Source: Candidatus Heimdallarchaeota archaeon
GTDB taxonomy: Archaea; Asgardarchaeota; Heimdallarchaeia; Hodarchaeales; Hodarchaeaceae
Length of the DNA stretch: 64,000 bases
Assembly (NCBI GenBank): GCA_011364965.1
Contig: RDOB01000004.1
Location: 197,003 to 261,002, forward strand
Direction: 5' to 3'
The position numbers and the translations under genes were made by a program. Positions 31,372 to 41,635 of this stretch are shown one piece after another. Under the pieces are notes generated by a model. It saw only the letters and a list, made by a program, of their open reading frames with translations, did not search any database and was not told the DNA's origin. How positions within the stretch are numbered: position 1 is the first letter of the stretch; every line of letters begins with the position of its first letter.

Positions 31372-31884
31372 TCAACCCGATCTAACATGATTTCCGCATT
31401 TATTACAAAAAAATGCATTAGTAGGAAGACTAGCTCCACAAGAAGGACACTTTTTTCTGGAATCCATAAAATTGGTCTCATTAACAAAGAACTTTTCTTT
31501 CTCTCGTTCATTAAAGGAAGTTAGAGGAGAAGAGGTTTTGAAAGGGGAAAAGGAGGAATTAGAGGATTTAGAAGGGCCAAAATCAAAATTATTTGCATAT
31601 TGACTTTTGTTTTGTTGAACCTCTAATTTGGAAGAGAGATCATTTAATTGAGCGTTAATCTTGCTAATAGAATCAATGAGAGGACAAACGCTTGAATCAA
31701 ATCCACCACCCAACCCCAATATTTCAGATTCAGGGCTAATTAACTTAAATCCAATTTTTAATCCCTCAGTACTCTCTGATATGGCAATCCCTTGTTCCAA
31801 TAATCCACGAATGATTTCTTTAGCCGAATATCCGCGACCTTTGATGATAACTTGCCCCCGAATCTGATCCAATGGATTATTCAT
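31372..31884 (-). CDS. Hypothetical protein with C-terminal zinc ribbon
   Basis: CPSCGASLPTNAFFCNKCG. Confidence 0.75.
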   Translation of the reverse strand: MNNPLDQIRGQVIIKGRGYSAKEIIRGLLEQGIAISESTEGLKIGFKLISPESEILGLGGGFDSSVCPLIDSISKINAQLNDLSSKLEVQQNKSQYANNFDFGPSKSSNSSFSPFKTSSPLTSFNEREKEKFFVNETNFMDSRKKCPSCGASLPTNAFFCNKCGNHVRSG

Positions 31885-32308
31885 GCTAAAGAGTCCTCAG
31901 CTAATTATGCGCAGAAGGGAATTATAAGCAAAATAACATTGACGTAATACATCTTAAGAAATCCCTCTTCAATCTCAACTCTCCGTTCTTTTTGATTGAA
32001 GTGGGGCTTTTAATAACCACTTTTTTCGTGTTTCTTGCAAATTCTCTCGTTTCATCCGAATTTCATATTTAATATTGATAAAATTGATGTCTGAAACAGA
32101 TTACTATAATACTAAAAAAAAAGCACATAATTTTTTTACTTTTATCCAAGAAACCCTCCCCAATGTATCTATCAAAATAATCTTGATAGATCAATTATGG
32201 TGGGGGTGGAGGAAAGGTGGGGCGCATATAGGCCACCAGTGTTAGTATAATTAGCCATCCAACCCATAAAATAAGGGTTTTAAATAGTTTTCTTTCTTTT
32301 AAAAGGGT

Positions 32309-32842
32309 TTATGGCAGTTTAAGATGCCAGATACCACACCAGTTGGCTAATCATAAGAAAATTAACCAGTATTCAACTAATAAGTCCATCATAGAGATGT
32401 AAGGCATGGGTGTATCCAAGTTCAAGGATGGAAAAAGGAGTAGAACTATGATTACAAGGGTAAAAGTAGGAAGAAAACTTCCCAAATAAGGCAAAATTGA
32501 GCGCTGCTTGTGAGCGATTTTGATTTTCTGATGTGCTTTTATTGTGATATAAAGCCAGATTAATGGTCATATATTAAGATAGGAAAATAGAGGAGGTAAA
32601 GAGACAACTCATTAACTAAAAAGGGAATAGAATAAAGGAAAATATGTTAAAAATAACCAAAATTCCCAATTAACTAATATAGTTGAAATTTGATGCTCTA
32701 ATTCCTTTGGTATTCTGATGCTTTTAAAAAGATAGGATGTATAACAAAGCAGATGGACTCCTATCCCGCTTAACAGGATAATTACCCATTTTAGTCCGAG
32801 TTTGATCCTCTTCCCAACAGGTCTTTCATTCTGCAATTTCAT
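32309..32842 (-). pseudogene. Decayed membrane-protein gene
   Basis: The hydrophobic frame of the 76-aa ORF continues in the same phase through several in-frame stops (VVSLPPLFSYLNI*PLIWLYIT...LVIIVLLLFP...YWLIFL*LANW). Confidence 0.4.
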
Positions 32843-32912
32843 CGCCTCCAGCGTTAATTCCCAAAAGATTTTTGATACTAGTTGGTAGAGAGAGTATCAG
32901 AATATTTTAAAT

Positions 32913-32991
32913 ATACCATCTACAATACCATCACAATATATATTACAATACCATCTACAAATAAGCCATATCAACCTTTAAATCAACCTTT
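32913..32991. repeat. Short tandem repeats (ATACCATC(T)ACA x3 plus one degenerate unit; ATCAACCTTT x2)
   Basis: ataccatctacaataccatcacaatatatattacaataccatctacaa followed by atcaacctttaaatcaaccttt. Confidence 0.65.
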
Positions 32992-33182
32992 TTAGTTTTC
33001 ACACCAACTTTGAAGTCTAACCAACGAAATAGCTGCCCTTGACTTCCTATTGCTATAAAATAGAATTTATTTTTTGGATGGCCTGTGAAAACAAAAGCAT
33101 AAGCTTTTATAAATGTGAAAAGTAAGGATGATATTAGTGACTTAAACTACTCATAGGTCATACCCTGAGGTGAAAAATCAAA

Positions 33183-33425
33183 ATGCCGGCAGCTTTTGTA
33201 TTAGTAAACGCTGAGATTGGATCAGAAGATGAAGTATTAGAAGATTTGAAGGGCACTAAAGGTGTCGTTGGCGCTTGGATTGTATATGGTGTTTATGACA
33301 TTGTAGCTAAGATCGAAGCCGATACAATGGATGAACTCAAGGAGATCATCACCACAAATATTCGTGGGCTTGAAAATGTTCGCTCAACCTTGACTATGAT
33401 CGTTGTTGAAGGAGCTACAGAGTAA
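33183..33425 (+). CDS. Stand-alone Lrp/AsnC ligand-binding (RAM) domain protein
   Basis: AFVLVN, VYGVYDIVAKIE, VRSTLTMIV; RBS GAGGTGA. Confidence 0.9.
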   Translation: MPAAFVLVNAEIGSEDEVLEDLKGTKGVVGAWIVYGVYDIVAKIEADTMDELKEIITTNIRGLENVRSTLTMIVVEGATE

Positions 33426-33599
33426 TATTCTTGGTTTATTTCTTCTAGCTGGATTCTACAGAGAGTTCTGACTCTATTAGGCCCAGACTTTATTTCTCCC
33501 TTTTTTCGTTTAACATATCAGGCTAACTTATTCCAGGTCCCAAATCTATAAATTCTATGGAGAAAAAAAGGATCTAATTCAATAATTAGAGGATTTTTT

Positions 33600-34304
33600 A
33601 TGAAACAAATAGTTGAAGGAATCTATTGGTTTCTAGGCCAAGGAATGGATAGCAACGTATATCTTATTGAGTCTGATGGAGAGAGATTACTCATTGATTC
33701 AGGACTTTGTAGTATCGTTAATTTTGGGTATGGAGCCAATACTAGCAGTTTGGATGAGCTTGAGAGAATTATTACAGAAAAGATACTCAAACAGGTTTAT
33801 CTAACACACGGACATATAGATCATGTTGGGGGAGTAATGGCTTTGCAATCAAAACATAATTTAGAGATAACAACATTCGATAGTGAGGCAAATCAGTTAG
33901 AAAGAGGAAATTCTTCCTATATAGAACCTTTTACTCGCTCAAAATGCCAACCTATTCTAGTCAAAACCCGAGTAAATCATGGAGATACAGTCAATGTAGG
34001 GAGGTATAACTTTCAGATTCTACATACTCCTGGTCATACCGAAGGATCCACCTCACTCTGGGAACCTGACGCACATATATTAGTAAGCGGAGATACAGTA
34101 TTTCCTGAAGGTTCTTTTGGGAGAACTGACTTACCATCTGGAAATAGTAAACAATTATTAACTTCTTTGAAAAACCTCTCTAAACTTGAGGTCCATATCT
34201 TATTACCTGGACATATGCCACCAGTTATATCAGATTCGGGTTTTCCTATTACCTCAGTCAATAAATCCTATCAGAACGCTAGGATCATGTTGTCTTATTA
34301 TTGA
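33600..34304 (+). CDS. MBL-fold metallo-hydrolase
   Basis: THGHIDHVGG, TPGHTEGS, SGDT, GRTDL, PGH. Confidence 0.92.
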   Translation: MKQIVEGIYWFLGQGMDSNVYLIESDGERLLIDSGLCSIVNFGYGANTSSLDELERIITEKILKQVYLTHGHIDHVGGVMALQSKHNLEITTFDSEANQLERGNSSYIEPFTRSKCQPILVKTRVNHGDTVNVGRYNFQILHTPGHTEGSTSLWEPDAHILVSGDTVFPEGSFGRTDLPSGNSKQLLTSLKNLSKLEVHILLPGHMPPVISDSGFPITSVNKSYQNARIMLSYY

Positions 34305-34796
34305 AATAACTTCATCACAGGTTTCATTTAATCGACAATCATTATTCTGAACCTCAAAAATCATATTTTCTGGGAAAAACTCGATAGCATCGTAATACAG
34401 GATATTCATGATTTCTGCTTCAATATTTTCTTCAATTTTGTTTGTATTATAATTCCGTGCTTCTAATCGCTTGCGCAAGTTAGGTATATGAGTACGCAAG
34501 ATGATAATCAGCGATATATGTTTTGAAAGGGGAATTAAAGGCCCAACTAAACAGTTTCTGCTACTTAATTTTAATAAACCTTCTAGGTGAGGAATCAAGA
34601 GTTCCTCATCAATTATTACCGAGTCTCTAGTGATATCATAACCATAATAGAATCCTTGTTCTAATACTTCAGTATTTATTTCCAGATAGTGCATTTTCAA
34701 GCGTTTTACGAGCTCTTTAGCCACTGTGGTTTTTCCAGTTCCGGGAATACCTGTAATATAAAGTGTAAAATCTGAAGTATTTTGCATAGGTTTCAC
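34254..34796 (-). CDS. Adenylate kinase, AK6/Fap7 type
   Basis: ITGIPGTGKTT, LRKRLEARNY...KIEENIEAE. Confidence 0.85.
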   Translation of the reverse strand: MKPMQNTSDFTLYITGIPGTGKTTVAKELVKRLKMHYLEINTEVLEQGFYYGYDITRDSVIIDEELLIPHLEGLLKLSSRNCLVGPLIPLSKHISLIIILRTHIPNLRKRLEARNYNTNKIEENIEAEIMNILYYDAIEFFPENMIFEVQNNDCRLNETCDEVISIIRQHDPSVLIGFID

Positions 34797-34902
34797 TAGT
34801 GACGAGTTAAATGATGATTTGAATTTCTAAGTCTTTAAAACTTTCTTTCCAATAGAAGCATTTGAAAGCATTTAAACAAGTAATTTGGTCAGGGTTTTTA
34901 TC

Positions 34903-37380
34903 GTGGGTGCAACGATTTCTATAATAGCAGAGAAACCATCTATTGCAAGATCAATAGTCCGTGCGTTCTCTATTACATTTAAATTAAAGTTCAAAGGCCA
35001 CAAATCGAAATCTAGATTCAATTATGTCTATGAATCTGAAATTGACACACAAAAAATTGCTTTCACTATTGAGAAAGACAAATATCGGTTGGGTAAGAGT
35101 GATGTTATTATCATTTCAAGTGTTACTGGTCATGTTCTTAATTTTGATTATCCCCCACCCTTTGATAAAGAAACGAATTGGCAAAATTCTGATCCTTTGG
35201 ATCTGATTGAGCTAGATCCAATTGAAGTGCCTATTCAGGAAAACATGATAGAACATATTCAGGATATTGGCTATAAAACTGATGTAATCATCGTAGCTAC
35301 GGATTGGGATGGGCATGGGGAAGCAATCGGACGCCAAATTGTAGAATTAATGACAAAAGTGAACAAGAAGATTCGTCATGGACGTATGCATTTCACTAGT
35401 ACTAGCCCGAATGCTTTAAAGAACGCATTTGAGACTCAAACCAAGCTAAATTGGGATTGGATTAAACAGGTTGATTCCTTAAGAAAACAGGATCTTCGAA
35501 TGGGATCATCTCTTACTCGTTTTCTAACTGTTGGGATTCAGGATAAAGGAATTAGAAACCGAATTATTTCTTATGGGCCTTGTCAAACTAGTGTTTTATG
35601 GTTAATTGCCAATCGTTATCAAGAAAATCAGGCTTTTCATCCCTCTAAATTCTGGAAAATGTCTATTAAGTTGAATATATCTGATAATCCATTATTCTTG
35701 TACTGGAAAGGAAATCCTTCTGAAGATGAAGAAATTGTTGATTCTCTTATCAAAAAGATTGAAGATAATCCTAAAGGAATAATTAGTGACTATAATGAGG
35801 AAAATGGATTTATTAAGAGGCCTATTCCTCTTGATACAGATACCCTTGAATCAGAATGTTCTCAGATTTTTAGAATAAGTCCCAAATTAGTAGCTGATAT
35901 TGCAGAGAAATTGTATAATAATGGATTTATCACATACCCTAGAACTGAGAGCTCTTATTATCTTGAGAAAGATTTAACAAAATTAACTGAAAAATTTCTT
36001 AATCATGAGGTATTTGGAAAGGTTGCTGAAGAATGTATTACATTAGGTGGGGTTAAAGATCCTTCTAAAGGGAGGTTTTCTAAAGACCATGAACCTATTA
36101 AGCCTGTAAAGGCGATTTCTCTTAGTGACGTTGAAAAAACCTTTTTCAAAACACCAAGAATTATCACTAATGCTTGGAATATATATTCTTATATTGTTTG
36201 GCGATTTTTGGCAACAGTACACGTAAATGCGTCAATTGTGAACCAATATATTATGCTTAACGTAGTCTCGGAAGAATTCAATTCTGAAGGGAGGAAGATT
36301 ATCGATCTAGGATTTTTTAAATTCTACCCATATAGAGAACTCAAGGTTGAAAGTATTCCTTACTTAAAGAAAGGTACTGAGCTGGTAGTTGAAGTCTTTA
36401 AGCATCATGGATATACCATCCCGCCTCCTCTTCTCTCTGAATCCGATCTAATTCGTGTGATGGCTGACCTCAATCTCGGTACTGATGCTACGCGATCCAC
36501 TCATATAGATACTGTTCAAAAGAGGAACTACACCTCAATTCAAGGTCCGAAACGAGTACTTGTACCCACAGCTTTGGGTTCAGCTTTATTTGAAGTATTA
36601 ACCCAAAATGCAGAAGATCTTATTCTCCCTGAAATACGGGGAAAAGTAGAGGCCTGGACACAACAGATTAGAGATCACGAGAAAACTCCTGAAGATGTCG
36701 ACAAACTGGTTATTGAGTTAACTACGCGGGGACTTCAAAAACTAAAGAGTAATAGGGATGAGGTTTTCGACACACTTGTATCAAGCATTAAATCCATGAC
36801 TGGAGTTGGAAATTATTACGGAAGATGTCCAGATTGTGAAGGAGAATTAGAATTACATCAAGGAAAAGAGGATTCAAGATTTCTAAAATGCACTAATCCA
36901 TTATGTGATGCCAGCTTTCCACTTCCTAAGCGTGGCGCACTTTCTGTACTAGATCAGGAGTACCATTGCCGAATATGCGCAAGCTCAACTCTCTTGGTTC
37001 AATCAAAAAGAGTTTATTGGTTTCTTTGTCCAGTGTGTTGGACACGAGAAGGAACAAAAGAAACACCTTGGTTTTGTAGTGATTGCAATAGATCTGAATG
37101 CCCATTATCTGGATCTTGGAAACCCAGTACTTCCATTTGTAATCTTGGTGAATGTCCAGATTGTAAAGGGCCATTAACTCTTAATTATGAAGAAGAAAAT
37201 ACCCAAATCTTCTGTCAAAGTTGTAAACGAACTTGGAGAAGCCCTAATATTCGCCAAGGAGGATCAATTACTCCTTCTATTGAGTGTTCAACCTGTGGCC
37301 GAAAAACATTGTCCGTTATCAAGCGAGGAAAAAAACCTTATCGACTTTGCGTATTTTGTTCTGTTTTTTTCTTTGATTAA
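34903..37380 (+). CDS. Type IA DNA topoisomerase (Top3-like) with multiple C-terminal Zn ribbons
   Basis: IAEKPSIA, TOPRIM DWDGHGE, SYGPCQ, catalytic GFITYPRTES, LGTDATR, many CxxC pairs; start placed at GTG 34903. Confidence 0.93.
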   Translation: MGATISIIAEKPSIARSIVRAFSITFKLKFKGHKSKSRFNYVYESEIDTQKIAFTIEKDKYRLGKSDVIIISSVTGHVLNFDYPPPFDKETNWQNSDPLDLIELDPIEVPIQENMIEHIQDIGYKTDVIIVATDWDGHGEAIGRQIVELMTKVNKKIRHGRMHFTSTSPNALKNAFETQTKLNWDWIKQVDSLRKQDLRMGSSLTRFLTVGIQDKGIRNRIISYGPCQTSVLWLIANRYQENQAFHPSKFWKMSIKLNISDNPLFLYWKGNPSEDEEIVDSLIKKIEDNPKGIISDYNEENGFIKRPIPLDTDTLESECSQIFRISPKLVADIAEKLYNNGFITYPRTESSYYLEKDLTKLTEKFLNHEVFGKVAEECITLGGVKDPSKGRFSKDHEPIKPVKAISLSDVEKTFFKTPRIITNAWNIYSYIVWRFLATVHVNASIVNQYIMLNVVSEEFNSEGRKIIDLGFFKFYPYRELKVESIPYLKKGTELVVEVFKHHGYTIPPPLLSESDLIRVMADLNLGTDATRSTHIDTVQKRNYTSIQGPKRVLVPTALGSALFEVLTQNAEDLILPEIRGKVEAWTQQIRDHEKTPEDVDKLVIELTTRGLQKLKSNRDEVFDTLVSSIKSMTGVGNYYGRCPDCEGELELHQGKEDSRFLKCTNPLCDASFPLPKRGALSVLDQEYHCRICASSTLLVQSKRVYWFLCPVCWTREGTKETPWFCSDCNRSECPLSGSWKPSTSICNLGECPDCKGPLTLNYEEENTQIFCQSCKRTWRSPNIRQGGSITPSIECSTCGRKTLSVIKRGKKPYRLCVFCSVFFFD

Positions 37381-37542
37381 TCCAAAAAAATAGAGTTATG
37401 TATAAGAGAGGGTGGTACTTATGATTCTCAAGCTTTTTTAATGCGAATAGTCAACTTAATACCCAAAATTCATATAAGTTATTACGAATAGTATAAAACG
37501 TTAAGATTAGCTTATGCTAACTATTGTGTTCTCATTGTCTTT

Positions 37543-39876
37543 TTGGTTATTTACTCGGTGAAAAAAGTGAGTGTGCAGAATAAACTAGGTAAAGACCCTG
37601 CTCCAAGTGCAGTACGCTACCTAGTATTAACTAGTGGCTTTACATCTTTATTAATGGCCATATCCTTCATTCCTGTTGTTCTTGGGACAAGTACCTTAAG
37701 TACAGAAGAATTAGATTTCTATCAAAATGCTATTCCTGCATTCTTCTTAATTTCTCTCTTCACTTTTGTTGAATGGTTTTTTTTAAGACGATCTCGCAAA
37801 ATAACAGGTCCATATGGCTTTGCGATAGTTCTTGAAATTTTGAAGACCCTTTTATTTAACTTTGGATCCATTCAATATACTGAAAGTGTCCCAAACGCTT
37901 CTTCATCATCATTCTTCTTGTTGCAGATCACTTCTTATGCTATTTTATTCTCGTTAGTATTAACTAAGGTTGCGAGAACCCAAATTGATCAAATTGCTCG
38001 ACATGATTTAAGCAGGCAAGCATTAAACTTGCTTCCAACCTTTCTTGTCTTAGCTCTATTTTTAGGAACGTATGTTACAGAAATTACTGGATTAGGAATA
38101 CCTCGACAAAGAAATACTTTTCCTGAAGAATATGAGCAGAAGGATATTAACTGGGATATGTTCAACACTCCTACTTGGGATGCAACTTATTTATTAGAAA
38201 ATCTTCTTGATCAATTTACAGCAGGTCTTAGTGCACCTGATATACCCCTCTTTTATGTCACAAGTGGTCAAAATCCGAATCCGTTTGCTTACTGGAGGTT
38301 AGGAAGTTTAGAATTATATAAATACACTGGAAAAGCCCCTTATTCTACTGATTGGGATCCTACTGATTCAACAAAGAGAGTTCTTACTCCTTACCAAACT
38401 GGTACTCCTTATTCTGAACCTTTACCAGAAGATTTACGAACAGCTCAATTTAATGTTCGTGTACCCTTAAACTATGAAGATTCGATTGCTGAAATCACTA
38501 TTCATCCGAATTTTCCGAATTATTTGCCAGTAACTTGGAACGGGATGTACGGTTCCTATGTTGATACAGATTCTTTTGCACTTAAAAGCGATGAAATGTC
38601 AACTGCACCATTCAGTGGTACAAACATCGCTACAACGACAAAAGAAACGAGAGAGGTTTTTCCAAATGCTTTCGCATCTGATCTTCTGGGAGTGGATGCC
38701 AATATTCGGGTAAGTCAGACATCAAATACTTCTGGAACCTTACAATACACTGTTGATTATCAATTCCCTCAATATTCTGCAGCTGCAACTTTCTCATTAA
38801 ATCGAACAGACAATGATTACCGGCAATGTGTGGATTCAGCAACTTGGTCTGCAATCAAGTCCATTTACCTTCAATTACCAAATAAAACTGGTCAGCTTCC
38901 AAATCCATGTACGGTCTGGGGAGTGACTGGGATTGCGAATGATAATAATGATTACAGCGTTTGGGCTCCTTCTGTTTATGGAAATGCAACAGCCTGGAAT
39001 GATCCCTCTCAAGATGTATTTGGTCAAGCTTTTGCCAACATGATGCAATTTCAAACACTGGGAGTAGAATTTGACCAAGAAATGTGGCTAGGGCAACAAG
39101 TTGGAGTTATGGATCATCCAGCAGAATATGAAGATTATAATGAATGGTTCTTCAGGCGAGGTGAGGGAACCTTGAAAGGTGTGTCTCTTCACTTTGCATC
39201 TTCTTACACAACAATTTGCCGTTTGCAGGGTATTCCTAGTAGAGTGGTAATTGGGTATGCAGGGGGAAATGATAGTTATTTCCCGTATAATATGATTTCA
39301 TCCCGGTATTTACATGCGTGGTCGGAAGTCCTCATACCTGTTAAAGCGTATTATGATCCAGTTACTGACGATTTTGTACCTAACCATGTAGAATGGATTC
39401 CTTTTGACCCTCTTGTACCTCTTCCTGTTACTTTCATCCGAGGTGATTATGACCTTGAATCAGAGGGATTTGCACAAGCTTATCTAGAAGAACAACTCAA
39501 TCCAGGATCAGTGCTGAGGCGTTGTGTTGTGAATAATAGCGCATTTGGAGAAGGCGCAACTATTACTAATAATACTCGGATAAATGTCTCCGTCCGACTT
39601 ATCTCCGTTATTCCTCCGGATCTTTGGATACCTATTCAGGGACAACAAATATCTTTTTATGTTGGAACAGATGCTGAGAACATAACAGGAAATATATGGG
39701 AAACAGGTACATGGATTGGAAATGTTTCTACAAATTCAAGAGGAATTGCAACGCTTAATATGACAGTAAATGTCTTTCAGCTGGGGATACGTCCTGTAAA
39801 ATTTTGGGCTGTTACAACGTATGCTGGACAGGTAAAATTAGCAGAATCCCTTACATATAATTTGAGTCTATTTTAA
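37543..39876 (+). CDS. Membrane-anchored transglutaminase-like (TgpA-type) protein
   Basis: About 5 N-terminal TM segments, YWR motif, GVSLHFASS...RLQGIPSRVVIGY, HAWSEV, WIPFDP, C-terminal Ig-like region. Confidence 0.85.
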   Translation: MVIYSVKKVSVQNKLGKDPAPSAVRYLVLTSGFTSLLMAISFIPVVLGTSTLSTEELDFYQNAIPAFFLISLFTFVEWFFLRRSRKITGPYGFAIVLEILKTLLFNFGSIQYTESVPNASSSSFFLLQITSYAILFSLVLTKVARTQIDQIARHDLSRQALNLLPTFLVLALFLGTYVTEITGLGIPRQRNTFPEEYEQKDINWDMFNTPTWDATYLLENLLDQFTAGLSAPDIPLFYVTSGQNPNPFAYWRLGSLELYKYTGKAPYSTDWDPTDSTKRVLTPYQTGTPYSEPLPEDLRTAQFNVRVPLNYEDSIAEITIHPNFPNYLPVTWNGMYGSYVDTDSFALKSDEMSTAPFSGTNIATTTKETREVFPNAFASDLLGVDANIRVSQTSNTSGTLQYTVDYQFPQYSAAATFSLNRTDNDYRQCVDSATWSAIKSIYLQLPNKTGQLPNPCTVWGVTGIANDNNDYSVWAPSVYGNATAWNDPSQDVFGQAFANMMQFQTLGVEFDQEMWLGQQVGVMDHPAEYEDYNEWFFRRGEGTLKGVSLHFASSYTTICRLQGIPSRVVIGYAGGNDSYFPYNMISSRYLHAWSEVLIPVKAYYDPVTDDFVPNHVEWIPFDPLVPLPVTFIRGDYDLESEGFAQAYLEEQLNPGSVLRRCVVNNSAFGEGATITNNTRINVSVRLISVIPPDLWIPIQGQQISFYVGTDAENITGNIWETGTWIGNVSTNSRGIATLNMTVNVFQLGIRPVKFWAVTTYAGQVKLAESLTYNLSLF

Positions 39877-40211
39877 GGGGAGACTCCGTCTCCCATTCAA
39901 TGAAATCTTCTCTCATCTGAAATGTATAAGCTAATAAATAGCATGGTTAACCTAATTTTTCTTTCAATTCTGCTTCAAAGGTCTTTCTCGTCCGAAATCT
40001 CACACAAAATGCCCTCTCTTAAGATAATTAACATATGACTCATCTCGTTCAAAATTTTTCCAAAAACTCAATAAAAATTGGGTGACAGAATTGAAGTCAT
40101 AGATATAAAAGGAAAATTAAAGTGACTTTTTCACCAAATACTCAATTAATACTTCGTTTAAAATGCTGTACGATAACGAATTGAGTGTAAAAATCGGAGT
40201 ATGAAGAAATA

Positions 40212-40529
40212 ATGTCAAAAGATAAAATTTATGGATATGGGATTTTTATTGTAACGATTATCTTCTTGATTCTATACACAATTTATTTGCCTATTCAACA
40301 ATACTTTGGTGCTGAACTAGCAGATTTAATTTCATTATTGAATCCTTTGAAAGTTACTCCAATGGATGCAGTATTATGGCCTGTTTACCTTGCTACACTT
40401 ATGATAGGTTTCATAATTGCTTGGATTGGGATAACTATGGCAACAACTCCTCCTCCAGAGCCAATTGACTTAGATGATTTAAATCTTGATGAAGAAGATC
40501 TAGATGATGACAAGGATGACGATGATTAA
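40212..40529 (+). CDS. Small 2-TM membrane protein with acidic tail (DPM2-like pattern)
   Basis: MSKDKIYG-TM1-YT, AVLWP-TM2, WIGITMATTPPPEPI, Asp-rich tail. Confidence 0.75.
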   Translation: MSKDKIYGYGIFIVTIIFLILYTIYLPIQQYFGAELADLISLLNPLKVTPMDAVLWPVYLATLMIGFIIAWIGITMATTPPPEPIDLDDLNLDEEDLDDDKDDDD

Positions 40530-40576
40530 ATTGTCATGAGTAAAACTTTTACTCATTCTTCTTTTTATTATTTTAT

Positions 40577-41596
40577 CTATAATCTAGGGTCGGGAATCCC
40601 TATTAAGTTATCAAGAAAGTTGGGATAGTAAATAGCTAAGAAGAATAATATCCCAATTATTGTTCCAGCCAAAATTATTTGTTTATCGAGAAATATTCTT
40701 TCAGCTCTTCTACTAGTTGCACTGTCGCTTGATACTAGAAATAAATATCTGAATATAATGAAAGAAAATAAAGGTAAGGCTAGTACAATAAAAACAGTCT
40801 CATATTTATGTCTCTCGACAAGGTAAATGAACACCGCGATGAGTTCAATAGCTGCAATCGTTGCTAAACTTTGATTTAATAACTCAGAGGAGTACATCTG
40901 AAAGACTTCTTTATGCAGATGTGCATTTTCACCCAAAACAGCTAAGTCGCCCTTTCTTTTAGCTATAGATAGAAGCATTGCAGTAGTAAAACAGAGTATT
41001 ATCAACCATGGAGAGACAGAAACATTTATCAGAACAGCTCCAGCGATTGCTCTCCAAACATAATTTACTGAGATTGCAATAATATCCGCAAATACGATTT
41101 TTTTCAATAATAATGAGTAAACCTGACTAGTAACGAATAAACCTCCTAAAACAAGGAAGAAAGCGGTTTTGGAAGGAATAGTAATATTTGCAACCTCTAA
41201 TATATCGCTAGTATAGTTGAGAAAATAAATTTCTGTGGTATTAATAGGAATAAGAAAAGTAAGCAATATTACGCTAATAAACAAGAAGAAGGCTAATAAT
41301 AATGCCTCAATTATAGATATTTTCCCGGAAGGCAGTGGACGTGTTTTTTTTTCTGGATGAAGTTTATCCCTCTCTATATCTCTTAAATCGTTGATGAAAT
41401 AATTCAAAGATGAAACAAGGCATAATATTATGAATGCGACAATGATTGGTAGCCAGAGATCCATCCTTAACATATTTTTCGAGAAAAACAATCCAAAAAA
41501 AACTAATACATTTTTATAATATTGATGAGGCCTCATAAGAGAAATTATAGCCTTTACGCGAGTAGTTAAAGTATAATCAAGTGATTCTGAGTCCAT
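40577..41596 (-). CDS. UbiA prenyltransferase family (polyprenyl-phosphate phosphoribosyltransferase-like)
   Basis: MRPHQYYKNVLVF, YFINDLRDIERDKLHPEKKTRPLPSG, YSLLLK, RAIAG, AKRKGD. Confidence 0.88.
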   Translation of the reverse strand: MDSESLDYTLTTRVKAIISLMRPHQYYKNVLVFFGLFFSKNMLRMDLWLPIIVAFIILCLVSSLNYFINDLRDIERDKLHPEKKTRPLPSGKISIIEALLLAFFLFISVILLTFLIPINTTEIYFLNYTSDILEVANITIPSKTAFFLVLGGLFVTSQVYSLLLKKIVFADIIAISVNYVWRAIAGAVLINVSVSPWLIILCFTTAMLLSIAKRKGDLAVLGENAHLHKEVFQMYSSELLNQSLATIAAIELIAVFIYLVERHKYETVFIVLALPLFSFIIFRYLFLVSSDSATSRRAERIFLDKQIILAGTIIGILFFLAIYYPNFLDNLIGIPDPRL

Positions 41597-41635
41597 TGAA
41601 AATCTTCATCCTTTGAAGTAATATAATTTAATGAC

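Noticed and set aside
31820-31860. GRGYSAKEI similarity to ribosomal L13e
   Set aside because: Only a short motif; the rest of the protein is unrelated
32913-32991. CRISPR array
   Set aside because: Units are 11-12 bp with no unique spacers and there are no cas genes in the window
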